A DNA stretch of 64,000 bases from Adineta vaga (Eukaryota > Animalia > Rotifera). Positions 38,078 through 51,228 of the stretch are shown here, one piece after another (within the stretch, counting starts at the first letter, position 1; each line of letters opens with the position of its first letter). The stretch is taken from the NCBI GenBank assembly GCA_021613535.1, contig CP075496.1, positions 14,322,001 through 14,386,000 of the forward strand, in the 5' to 3' direction. The position numbers were made by a program, and so were the translations under genes. Under the pieces are notes generated by a model. It was not told the DNA's origin. It did no database searches and saw only the letters and a program-made list of their open reading frames with translations.

Positions 38078-41000
38078 TTAAGTCCATAATAAGATTGGAG
38101 CCATTCCTAAATAGAAATTATTTTGATTTTATCAAATAAAATTGATGAAATTACCTTCAGATGTATTCCATTTTGGCATTAAAACATCATCAGCTAGAAA
38201 ATCTAATGGAAATTGAACAACAAAACCTTTGATTTGTTTACATTTCTCATGAGCCTAAATACATAATTTGATCTTAATCGTGAAAACTAACGACGGAAGA
38301 TCTTCTTTCGTAAGACTAGAAACTTACAGCTAATGGATCTGTTTCTTTAAATTTTGGTTTTTGAGTATATCCTTCAACTTCTGTGAAAAGTCGAATATTA
38401 TTTGTTGGTAATGTATTAAAAACTTCTTCGTAGATTATTGCATTTTTTTTTGCAGTTTCTCGAAAATATTGATAAAATTCATCTGAACATGGATCATCAA
38501 CATTCATATCATTTTCATTTTGAATTCCTAAAATTTGTCTAAAGAGAAAAGAATTTTCTTCATTCAATAAGAAAACGAACGAACCGAAATAATTTTTTCC
38601 TCCATGTTGAACAAAATTTGCCAACTTTTTGTGTTTGACCATTTAATTGTGAATCAATCATTTCCGTATCATTAACAACTAAACAAAATTCTGAATCACG
38701 AGAACCTTGTAATGATCGATCATTGATATTTGCCGATCCACAAATACACATTCGATCATCAACAATCATTAATTTTGAATGAACATAAATGATTTCTGTT
38801 ATCTTTTTTAAAGGAAAAAATTTCATTTTAATAATAGAAAAAACGAAAATACTTACTAATGTACCCATTAAAATATCCCAATTTCTCATTCCATAGAATG
38901 TAATATATTCTTCAGGATCATTGATACCTATTTTTTTGTTCAAAAGATATTTTTATTGAATTAAAAGAGAAAGAGAGAAACTCACCAGCTTGTTTTAATC
39001 GTTGAAAAAGTGATGTTTCACCTTTATTAATTGATCTCATTATAAAATAAAGAACAGCTTGAACTGCATTAACATTTGAAAATCCTGGTAATAATGGTAT
39101 AACAACATAAACTCGAAATTTTTCTTTATTAATACAAGCTCGTACAATTCGACGATAAAGTGCATCACCAATACCATTTTTTAAAGTCGAATCTTCAGCA
39201 ACTGAAATAAAGAATTGATTCTAAAATGAAACAAATTCTTTTGATTATTTTTCAATTGATTCTAAATATATTTTACTTCAATATAAATAAAATGTTGTGC
39301 ACTATCAATCATATGAATATATGCATTTTGAATTGAATGTTCAACAGTTCGTGTTCCACACGACCAAAATGAAACTGAACGTACACATTGAGCATCAACA
39401 GAAATAGCTTTTCTTTCTTCACCAAGAATTGAATCAAGCATTGAATGATCTAATAAATCATTATCCGAATAACTTTTTGGAAGAATATATGGATATGATT
39501 CAACAAAACGAAATTTATCAGCCTAATCAAAAACGAATAATCTTGTCGTGAAGAAAAAAAATAATAAACGAATTCACTTTATGAATATTCCATCGTTGAA
39601 TAAAATGTCTTGCACAATCTCTTGCAGCTGGACCAGAAACGACTAATGCTTCATCATGCCATGGCATTCGTGGAGACACTTTTCGATCGATGTAATCTTG
39701 AAAACAAAAAACGTTTTCTTTGTTTTTTTAATAAAATTAAAAGAAAAACCTTCATCAAATTTTTCAATAAATTCAAAATCTTTTTCATAAGAATTTGAAT
39801 AATCTTTTCCAAGAAAATATCGACATTTCTCATCAGCAACTGGTGTAATTCCCACAATTGTTTTTGGTTTTTCATCAGCTGGTTCACTTGCTGGAATTTC
39901 ATCTTCTTGCTCTTCATCAAATGAATCATCATCATTATAATTTTTTCGATGTTTCTATTCGAAGAATAAAAATCTTTTGCTTTTGATTTTTTTCGATAAG
40001 AATATTTTTTACTTTGAATATTTTTTTCCATTTTTTTTCAACAGGAACATCACCTTGTTCTTCAGCTTGTTCTTCAGCTAAGATTTTTCGTTCATCTTTA
40101 CTTAATTCACTTTTAAAATCAGTCACTTCTAAAAAATAAAAATTGTTTTTCCAAAGATTTTCGTCTTCAAGAGTTTTTTACTTGAAGTTTTCGATGGATT
40201 TTGTTGATCTATGAGAAAAAAAAGGGTTTTATCAATTGAAAAAACAATCATTTTATCTTACGTGTTTTTAATAATGATTCATTTTCTTTTTCATTGGATT
40301 TTTTTGATTCAATCACTGGTTTTGTTTTATCCTTTTATAAAATAATCACTTTAGATACAACTGTTCTCCATTAATTTTCCTTCACACTCGAAAGCGGATG
40401 AATGAATAACTTACAAATTTTTCATTCAAAACATTTTCAGCCATTCTTTCTGTTGTATCAATAGCAGCTTCTTCTTTCTGCTCTTCGACTTCTGGATGTT
40501 CAGCTATTTGTTCAGGAAGTTTTAATTCTGTAACATTTTCATCACTTAAATCGATTAATCTAACGAAGAAAATAAAAACAATAATACATTTAAAAAAAAA
40601 CGGAGAAATATGAACCTATGTGAATCAGTATCCCATCTTCCCCAACAGAGATCAATTCCTCCAATAAAAGCAATTTTTTGATCGATAACAACAGTTTTTT
40701 CATGATGTGAATAAAGAAAAGATGATTCTGTTCCTGGTAAAACTCGATGATCAGGATGTCGAATAACTTTAATATTTTTTTTATTTGGACTTTTTGATAC
40801 TAATTTAGCTTTTGTATGCCAACTATTTAAACCAACAACTTGAACAATATCTTTAAAAACCATCACATAAACACGAATTCCTTCTTCCTAAAAATATTTC
40901 AAATCTTTCTGTTTTTTTTTCTCTCGATTTATTTAAAGAAAGAAATTTACCGCTCGTTTTCCAAGAAGATTATCAAGTCTCATTGAATCATCACCATATG

Positions 41001-42715
41001 GACGAACAAGTAAGATTTCTGGTGAAAGCCACCAATCAGTTATAAAAATTTCTTCTTTTGCTGCTAAAATTCCTTTTGCAACAGCTTCCATATACGATTG
41101 ACCATTAACAAACCATTGAGCATATTGTTGTTGTCGTTTTGGTGCAAATGAATTGAATGGATGTTGTTCAGCAAGAAGACATTGATTTTTAACATTCATT
41201 AAAGAATTAAACCAAAAATCTCGTTCATCTTCTTTTTCAAATTTAATAATCATTGAACGTTGTAAATTCTTTATTCTTATACCATTATTTGTACCAGTCT
41301 TTCTAAAACCTTGTTCAAGTGAAAATGCAATATCAATTAACATTGGAAAACCAATTAATGCTGAATCAGGATTCATATAAACAAGATAAGAATCTTTTAA
41401 TATAAACCATTTTTGACCATGATGAAATTTACATTTATCACACATAAATGGCATACGAATAAATATTGAACGACCACGAAAATCATCATTGGATCGTTTT
41501 GATATTGCACCTTCTTTAATACTCATTCCCAAACCATGAACAAATGACAATGGACTTACTTCAAGAAATTCTCTCTAAAAAATCACAAAAAAAAAATAGA
41601 ATTATCTCTTTCATTAGAAAAATATGTAACACTGTGGGATTCTAATCGGCATATCCTCCGTTCTGTGTACTATGTTGATATAATATGATAGACGACAGAT
41701 ATTCTTGTCATATACTCTGATAATCAATGGTAGTTTTAAGCCGAAGAACTTTGCCCCCCCCCCTACTTTCCTTTACAAATAATAATACGAATAACTTACG
41801 ACAGCTAGATGTTCACGAAGTTTTGGATGTTTTAATACTTTATTTAAATAATTTTGTAAAGATTTCTAAAAGAAAATTTTCGTATGAAAAACTTTTCAAG
41901 AATAAAATAATTCAATATCTTACACAACGTTCTTCAATATTAAATTGATCAATAAAAGCAATACGATCATTTCGAGTTGGAAATGCTGGATAATATTCTT
42001 GTTTTTTAATTAATGAACGATTTTCCTCATTTGATTTTGTTGTTTCAGATAAATGACTTCTATAATTAATAAGAAATCAATTTTTTTCGTTAAAAACAAA
42101 AATCAATAAATGAATTTACTTATTCAAACTACTCATTGATCGTCCTGTTTCAGTTTCAACAAAACGAACAAGACTTTTATGAAGATCATGAAAATGTTTA
42201 TAACGTTTTTGAATAGTCCATTGAAAAAGTGGTCCATGACGAATTGTTATTGAATATCTAAGAAATAATTGATAATTTCTTTTTCATTTCAAATCAATTT
42301 TCTTACAAATAAGGATAAAGAAATTCTGAAACTGGATTATAAATTCGTTCTGCAGTCATTTTTATGACTTCAACTGGTAATCCACGTACAAATGTTTTAT
42401 TACGTTTGAAATAAATTTGATCTAATGAACATTCATTTTCTATTCAAAGAATATTTCAAATATTTTCTTTGAAAAAAGAAAAAAAATACTACCTTGACAT
42501 GATTCATCAATATCTTCGAAAAAATTTTCATCGGGATATGATAAATATTCTATATGTCGATTATGAGAACTACCTGTAATAAACACAAAAAACACATTGA
42601 CCTAAATGAATGTATCAATATATATGTACATACTTGATGTTAATGTTATATCAACCATATCAGCAGTATGTTTAACAAGACTATCAATTCCTGCCGTTGC
42701 ATCTAATTGAGTCAT
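38078..42715 (-). CDS. PLD1: Phospholipase D1/2-type (PX-PH-HKD-HKD), multi-exon
   Basis: PX-like [12 protein letters not shown] segment [77 protein letters not shown]; C-terminus LWT*. Confidence 0.95.
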
Positions 42716-44227
42716 TTTTTGTAGTTTGAATTTTCTGAAAATATTTCGAAGAAACTGTAGACCACAAAACTAGGAGAAAAGACCAAATAATGAGAGCAAA
42801 TTTATCGTATAAACGTTGTCGATCTTTTACTGTTCTCTTTTTTTTCCTGTTCTTCGTCCTTGCAATATTTTCGTCTCAGTGAGACGTGATACATCGACAC
42901 TATAACTACCCACACTCGTCTATGTTGCTTGCAAGAATAGAAAAGAAGAAAGAAAGAAAGAACGAGAAAAAAAATGATTATTTTCTTCCATTCTCGATTG
43001 GGAATGTAAAAGCACGTTGGAAAGAATTTTTAGTTTTTAAATAAGAATAACAAAAGAAATTATTCATCAGTTTTCATAAGCAATAAGATTATTAAATATA
43101 CACATCGAACTTTTTCTATCCGACTCGAATTTTAATGTTTCTCTTTTGGGATTTATTTTTTTCTTCAATTTGAGAGAAAAAATAGGGCTGATTTGTTTTT
43201 CTCCTTGTCTGTCATATATTTATTATACGAAGACATTGATTAAATAGACAGATAGCTGACGACTTATGTTCTATTAAGTAGAAATTAACTTCGAAATTAT
43301 ACAGAATTTATCTGAAAATAAACAAAAATCTGTTTTTTTTTGTTTTCTATATAATCATGCTAATCAATTGATCAATTATGAAAACATCTTCGAGCAAAAG
43401 AAATGTCAAGTTAATGAAAACAATCTCAAGGAAATTACCCACATAAACTATCTTTTCTTTTTAATACAATTAGAAGAAGCAATTCTTCCGTTTTATATTT
43501 AATCTTTTATGTTGATTGATAACATTTTGATGGAATTACTTGTTAAAGTATTTGAAATCAAATCTAATCAAAATAGAAACTAGATTGTTATCTTCACTCT
43601 TTGCGTTACAATCAACCTTTGTCATTGTCATTCTAGTTTCAATAATAATTAAAGTGATCGTTTTATCAATGTCGAACGAAATGATTCATTGAAAAATTCA
43701 TATTTTCCCATCCTGTTAGAGAAGGCTATTCTGTACAAATTTTCTATTTTTCTTGGAAACATTTTTTTTTCTCTGAAATGATAGAAGACGTAATAAAAGT
43801 TCTGAAAAGTTTGCGTAAATCTGATCAATCTTTGTCATGTTTAGACTCATAAAAACGATATGATCAACAATGAAAATCACGACCAATGAAATCATCTATT
43901 GAAGTAACATGATTCAAATATTTTAGATATAATAACACATCATATTTTCTCGATGTCATGTCACACTCCTACGTTTGATAAAAGATAAATCAACTAAAAA
44001 AAGAGAAAGAGAGAATAGAGAGAAAAAAACTGATTTTATCAAATATACAACCAGATTTAATGTCATTTCCGTAGATTTTAGTTAAAAGAAAAAGTGAGAA
44101 ATACGATATACTTTTGCAGAAAATTTATAAGAAATCAGATTAGTTTTCAACTAACTAAAGCGTTGAAATACTTAGATTTCACTGAAGAAGGTTTTAAAAA
44201 AGTCTTCTTTTCTCTTTTAAAAAACAA

Positions 44228-44827
44228 ATGGCAACAAGTTTAACATTTAATTCTTATGATAATGATGATCACACACATTTATTAGAAAATTATCGTTATT
44301 TATCTGATCGTCGATGTCTCAAACAACGTTTAAATCATACTCCACTTGCATTACGTCGAAGTTTTTCACTTGAAGATAGTTCAACTGATGTTGATACAAA
44401 ATTGACACAAAAAACAAATGAACAATGTTCAACTAATTTATTACCATCACACAATCCACAACTAAGTTCTTCACTAAATTCACTCTGTCTAAGACTTCGT
44501 CGTTATCAATTATTACCTGAATATGATGAAGATATTGAAAAATCATCCGATGAAAATGATTTCAGTTGGTGGAATACAGCTGCTCATTTAAGAACAATGT
44601 TTGAAAAACTTTTAATGGCACATCAAAGAAGACATTTTTATAATCCTGGTGTGTATGAAAAAGATGAAGATATTCATTTTAAAAATTCAAAAAGACAAGG
44701 ACGTCGTAATGCTGTCTGTGTTGGAGTTGATCGACTGTGTTATAATGATCAACTTGTTTTATTTGCAACTATTGCAAATGAAGTTCAGTTAGAATTTAAT
44801 CTTATGTCTTCGGGATTTAAAATATAA
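44228..44827 (+). CDS. 199-aa protein with a PKI-like PKA pseudosubstrate motif, copy A
   Basis: Intronless ORF kept open in two diverged copies; motif HFKNSKRQGRRNAV. Confidence 0.8.
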   Translation: MATSLTFNSYDNDDHTHLLENYRYLSDRRCLKQRLNHTPLALRRSFSLEDSSTDVDTKLTQKTNEQCSTNLLPSHNPQLSSSLNSLCLRLRRYQLLPEYDEDIEKSSDENDFSWWNTAAHLRTMFEKLLMAHQRRHFYNPGVYEKDEDIHFKNSKRQGRRNAVCVGVDRLCYNDQLVLFATIANEVQLEFNLMSSGFKI

Positions 44828-45197
44828 ATTATGATTATTTCAATGAATTATTTTTATTTTTTTTGAACTTAATTTATTTTCATTTTCATCTTACTTGTCA
44901 TTTTGCTTTATTGCCTTGTTCCTTATTTATCTTTTATTTCGTCGATAAAAAAAATACCAAAGATTAAAACTATATTTATTTTGGTTAAAAGGGAAGTTCA
45001 TACTATTTATATGAATTAAACATATACTTATGATACAAATTAGAAACTATTTCAGAAATAAATTTATTTTCTTATATAATATTATTTATCAATAAAACAA
45101 CATCTGGTTTGTCTTTATTTTCTGAATGTTATTTGTACATGACACTAATAGATTTATATTTAATTCAATAAAGTGTAAGAAGACTATTTTTAGAGAA

Positions 45198-45820
45198 TTT
45201 ATTACCTCGACTGAAAGGAAAGTCTTATGAAAAGAAAAAGTTTGTGTCTGTCTGTCTATCAGTCTGCGTCAGAAGTTAAAAAAACGTTTTCTTTAAAACG
45301 ATCTTAACGATTGAAAATCGAGAGTAAGATGAGTGTGAGAGCTTAAAGGTGAGAAGGCATACAACATAAAACTGTTGTTTCATCTATCTCATCAATATTT
45401 CTCGACTAATCAAAATTCAGGACCATAACATTGACTAAAAATACCGCGTTACCCTTCAGTGCGAGCTAGTTACGTGCGTAGAGAGGAATATTTTAGTGCG
45501 ATTGAATGGTGTTGTAAACTGATGCGGACACAATCTTTCTCAATGCGTTTTTTTTGGATACGATAAGCTGTTACTTACATGTTACATGTCTTTAAATAAT
45601 TGACGTGTACTTAAAAAGAAGGGCGTGTACAACTGTATGCGGTCATACATATGATTCCCTCATGTGAGCAGTCGGGAGTGGCGAACCGTAGGAACAACGA
45701 CGACTGATTGCAAAACGAACAACATTATATCGACTTTGAAACATTTTGATAGATCTAATATGATATGATATTAACATTAGTGGAGGGTTATAAGCAAGTC
45801 TCCTTCGGCGAGCGTTATTT
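45198..45820 (+). mobile_element. Possible non-autonomous Helentron/DINE-1-like element
   Basis: 5' TTTATTACCTC, a GTCT microsatellite ~45 bp inside, and 3' GGAGGGTTATAA (imperfect inverted partner of the 5' end) followed by a short hairpin and T-rich sequence. Confidence 0.35.
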
Positions 45821-47173
45821 ATATTGTTACTGTGTTTTTTTAGATTCTTTATAAAGTTTTATGAAAATGAAAACTAAAAGTAATGAAATTGATTAAAGCT
45901 GTTTATAGCATTCAACAAATAAAAGATATAACAAACTTTTCCAGAATATGTGACAGAAATCTCTTCTATGTCAATATACTTCTGTTCAATTCAATTAACA
46001 AATTAAAGTAGGACTAGCGGGGATACTCGGTGACAATTAACAAATATGTTTACTGAAAGGCTTTGTGTATTGAAAAACTATAAAATATAGAGATAGCAAT
46101 ATGCTTGAAATTTCTCCGTTTGTATTTCTTATATCTCTGTACGAAAAAGAACTACCAGAGGTTATTTCTTCTCCAAAATTTATCAAGTTCGCTACTTCTG
46201 CTGGACTTTATTCTCAACTTCATATTCTAATCATGCACCCTGCTTTCACTCTCACCAGTATCCTCATGCCCAGTACCATCATCAACCACTCTCGATCTGC
46301 TTCCTCTGGACCTAGACAACTATTGTGAAAAGTTTCATGACGCTAGGTATTACACGGACTAAACATATAGTGAACAAACCGACAAACAATCATTCTTCTT
46401 TATATATATATATATATCAGATTATACTCACACCCGTTTTCTTCAGAGAAAATAAAAACACGTGTCTTATTCATGCTCTTTGAATATGATAGAATCTGAA
46501 AAAACAGTCCTTCTGCAATTAAAATAAAAGAGGAGAAATGTGTGATTAAATTAATATGTAGATAACTATATACCTAACATATTTTTCTCTTTATATAATA
46601 GTAATAGGCAACGAAGTACCGTCGTTTGTTTTCGTTTCGTTTCATAAAATTTTACCCCTCTTGTGTATACCAATTAACGACGTGATGTGAAGGCTCTCTT
46701 GCGTGACCGACTTTACATATTTTTCAATGTTATGAAAGAAACCTGTAAATGAATAACTACAGCGTACATCCAATACGCAATAGAAATTCACCTGTTTTTC
46801 GTTTTGTTTTCCTGATCATTCGTTTTTGCCATTATTCATTATTGTCATCGATCAATCTTTGATATCAGCTGCTGGTAAATACGATATATAATAATATTTC
46901 TATAGAATTTCAGTTAGTTCTAGATAACACGAGAATTAATATTAGATAAAAGATAATTAACCATCTTGAGAGTGCAGGTGTAGTTGTAGATGAAAATATA
47001 ATTACTTTCTTATTCAAACTCATACCCTGAAGAGTGTGTATTAATATATAAATTACTCGTTGTTGTTGTTGTCATCACAAAAACTAACTAATATTTTGTT
47101 TCAAAGCACGGATAATCATCAATACAAGAAACAAGTGCTGAATCATACTATTTCTACGTACAATAAACTAGCA

Positions 47174-50100
47174 ATGATCTCGGATAATCATGAAATGATC
47201 AATTATCAACGACTCGTATCGAGCAAAAATGTGCGCGTACAGACCATACTCACAGCAAGTGTGCTCAACGATGAAGCGACGAGTTTTCAGCAACACTTCC
47301 AAAAGAAAAATGTTCGAGTACAAACGGATGTGACTGCAATTACACTAGATGATGAATGGACGAATGGTGTTCGACACATATCGAGAGACAAGGACAATAT
47401 CACCAGTGATACATCACACAAGTCAGATAATCCCAGTTCAAAATCCAATCAAGAAGAAAAGTTTGATAGAACAGAAATATTCATATTAGATGCAAATTCC
47501 AGGAAGGTCAGGAAGAATAACGAATATGATCGACATGAGGTTACTAATACTATGGAAGATGACAGAAATACCTGGAAAAATACTGATGACGTCAGTGGGG
47601 ATACTACTAACATCGGAGATAACAATATAAATGACAAGGAAGATTCAAATAGTACCAGAAAAATGTCTCATCATGCCGTTGAAGAAGAAAACATGACAAA
47701 AACTAATATTAATTACGAAATTCAAGGAGCCATCAGTCCTATTTTAGGATACGCTGATGAGCCTCTTTTATCACTTGTCGATGCATGTGCTCCTCTGGAG
47801 AATCTCCTTTACAACTGTTCATTCTATGTTAAATTATCATTGAGTGAAACACCCAAAGAACCACCCGATCAACTGACAGTTGATGAGAGCGCCGCCATTC
47901 GTCTGTACACCATCGAATGGGACAGACCACATCGAAGTCTTTATTCGATGCTCAATTATCATCTAAAAAATAACGATCGTGGGAAGCTTATGCCCTATTT
48001 AAAATATATCAAATTGCTGTTAACTGCTCTCGTCAAACTACCATGCGTTCCTCCATTGACTGTTTGGCGAGGAGTTACTAAAAATTTGAGTGCAGAATTT
48101 CCGCCGGGTACAAAAGTGACATGGTGGGCATTTTCATCATGTACGACTGAAATGACAGTACTTGAGAACAATATGTATTTGGGCAATGAAGGTGATCGCA
48201 CACTCTTCTCGGTCGAAGTAATGAATGGTCGAACAATTAAAGCTCATTCACATTTCATCACTGAAGATGAAATTCTTCTTTTTTCTGGCACTCATATGAT
48301 TGTCCAATCACAACTTAATCCAGCACCTGAACTTTATATTATTCATTTGAAACAAGTCATACCAGAAGAAATGACATTGGAACCACCTTTCGAAGGTAAA
48401 ATGCATACTTTCAACTATTCATTTAAAATAAAACTAATTTCATATTCAGGTGCTCATATTTATCCAAAAATCAAGTAAGCTTTATTTAGTTTTCGTCCAT
48501 GTATGTTTCTAACAATTTCTTTATCGTTTTTTGAAGACGTCAGTGGTATAGCAGGAAAAGCATCGTTATTCCAATGTGTATTTTCGCGGTTTTGCTTGTT
48601 GTGTCAGCTGTTGTTGGTTGTATTTTCGGATTACAACGTACAAACATCGCGCCAGGTAAATAGATTTTGAGGATGTGTTTTGTGATGAATTATAATCGTG
48701 ACTGCCTATGTCTTTCGACATAATGAACTATTGTATGATCTGCACACTCATAATCGTGTCTTTTCTTTATTGAACACAACTTATATAGAAGTGATCATAC
48801 ATGATAGAAAAAACACACAGAGAGGGCAAGATCAGTGTCCGTTGTGCAGATCGCACATGTGAGGTATAGCTATATGTATTCACTGTTACATGTCTACGTA
48901 GCTGCATTGTTTTATATTCTCACCTATACACAACCATACATTCCTTCCATCCGTCATCGTACAAAATTTGATTGCAGTACCATAAATAACTGTTGTGTGT
49001 GTAATATTGAATCGAAGATATTTACATATTCAGCTGTAACTTAAACTCCTTTATTTCAACGTCAGCCGAGTTCAAGATCATTTTAAAAACATGAGCTACT
49101 TTCGTAAGAGCTAAGACAAACAATTCTAATTTTGAATATTTCTGTTTTAGCATATATGTGTATCGATCCTTATTCAGTATTTTCGAGTGCTGGAGTTGGT
49201 ACTTATCCATTAAATCTATTGGCTCTCAATTATAAGAATAATACAAAATCCAATTTTATAGTGTTAGCTCCGACGGATTCAAAAATTTATGTGCTACTTA
49301 ACCAGCCAAATAAGATCTATTCGGCTGAACTCACATTTGACACCGGCAAGTATCCTTATGGTGTGATTGCAGCTGATTTTAATAAGGATAATTATACAGA
49401 TCTGGCAGTATCCAATGAAGGTGATAATGCGATCAGTGTACTACTTTCCAATGGAGATGGAACTTTTGCGGTTCAAACACTCTACACTGTGGGTAACGGT
49501 GTGGGTGCAGTAATCGCGATCGACGTCAATAACGATAGCGTTCTAGATTTGGTAGTAGCTAACATCGGTGATAGCACTATTAGCATACTGTTTGGTGATC
49601 CAGACGGAGCGTTTGTAGTGCAATATACATACAACGTTGGTAACCATCCACGTTCGCTGATAGCGGGTGATTTCGACAAAAATATGAAGGTAGATATAGC
49701 AGTGGTTAATCAGCAAGACAACACTGTCGGAGTGATGTTTGGTAATGGCGATGGAACCTTTCAAAATCAAACTACATATCAAGTCGGCGAGCATCCAGAT
49801 AATATAATAACGTATGACTTCAATAATGATACGCATCTAGATCTGGCAGTACCTAATGTAAATAGTAATACACTCAGCGTCCTCCTTGGTAATGAAAATG
49901 GTACGTTTCAGAGTCACAAAACGTACAATACTATTGGTGCTCCAAACTCTATAATAGCCCACGATTTCGATAATGATATGAAATTGGATTTGGCAGTGGC
50001 TAATTTAGTAGATGATTACGTTAGTGTACTGCTTGGAAATGGCGATGGAACCTTTCAGGAACAACAGGCGTATCAAGCTGGATCCGGAACAAGTGGTTTA

Positions 50101-51228
50101 GTGTCTGCTGATTTCAATAATGATAACAACGCTGATTTAATAGTGACTAACTATAATGAGCCGACTATCAGTGTACTGTTTGGTAATGGTAACGGTACAT
50201 TTCAGACTCAAATTAAGTATATGGCTGATAACGGACCAAGAGCTGTGATAGCAAACTTTTTTGATAATGATAAACTGTTGGACTTGATAGTAGTCTGCCA
50301 GAAGGTTGACAAGATTAAAATTTTATTAGGTAATGGTGATGGAACTTTTCATGGCAGAATTCCATATGCAACAACTGACAATTCTTCGAACTTCATGGCA
50401 TCCGGGGATTTCAATAATGACACTATTGTGGATGTCGTAGTTACTAACTCTAATAAAATGTTGAGTATAATATTTGGTAACATCGATGAGAGCTTTCAGA
50501 CTCCGATGGACTATGTTGTTGGAATTGACATACAATTTGCAGTACCAGCTGATTTTAACAGTGATACGAAACTCGATTTGGTGTTAATCAGTGAGCCAAA
50601 TAATGTTATTATCGTGTTGCTTGGTGATGGAAAAGGAAGTTTTAATAATCAAAAGACATTCTCGGCTGGAGAATCGCCGATTTGTATAGCATCAAAAGAT
50701 TTCAACAATGATAAAAAACTGGATTTAGTGGTGGCTAATTTCTATGGTAAAAGTGTCAGCGTGTTGTTTGGTAATGGTGATGGAACATTTCAGAATCAAA
50801 CTATGTATAAAACTGGTGCTAATCCAGGATTTGTAGTAGCAGTTGATTTAAATAATGATAATATCATGGACTTAATCGTATCGAATGAAGGTGAAAACAG
50901 CATCGGTATTTTGTTTGGTAATAGTGGTGGAACATTTCAGATAATGGTGAAATATAAAGTTGGTAAACAACCGAATGTCATAGTATCAAATGATTTCAAT
51001 CAAGATAAAAAGACGGATATTGCAGTAATCAATAAGGGTTCTAACAACATCTATATGTTGTTCGGAAATGGAAATGGCGATTTTTCACTCATGAAAACAT
51101 ATGCCACAGGTAGTTCTCCAATCGATATGATAGCTGATGATTTCAACAAAGATGGAAAAATAGATATAACAGTAGCTAACAGTGATTCTGCGGACTTGAC
51201 TATTTATCTAAATGCCTGTCTTTATTGA
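47174..51228 (+). CDS. Receptor-like ADP-ribosyltransferase: R-S-ExE ART domain, TM helix, ~14 FG-GAP/VCBS repeats; exons 47174-48395, 48450-48474, 48537-48655, 49151-51228 (~1147 aa)
   Basis: ART motifs ESAAIRLYT, TVWRGV, WWAFSSCT, TEDEILL; TM IVIPMCIFAVLLVVSAVVGCIFGL; repeats DFNxDxxxDLxV...LLGNGDGTF. The three GT-AG introns join in frame (3444 nt). The true start could lie in an upstream exon. Confidence 0.88.

Noticed and set aside
1-51228. Functional link between PARP1 and the R-S-E ART gene
   Set aside because: They are 44 kb apart, separated by unrelated housekeeping genes; no sequence evidence of coupling.
49132-51228. FG-GAP ORF as bacterial contamination or an integrin alpha
   Set aside because: It is joined by canonical introns to upstream exons within eukaryotic sequence, and it lacks integrin thigh/calf domains, a C-terminal TM and GFFKR.
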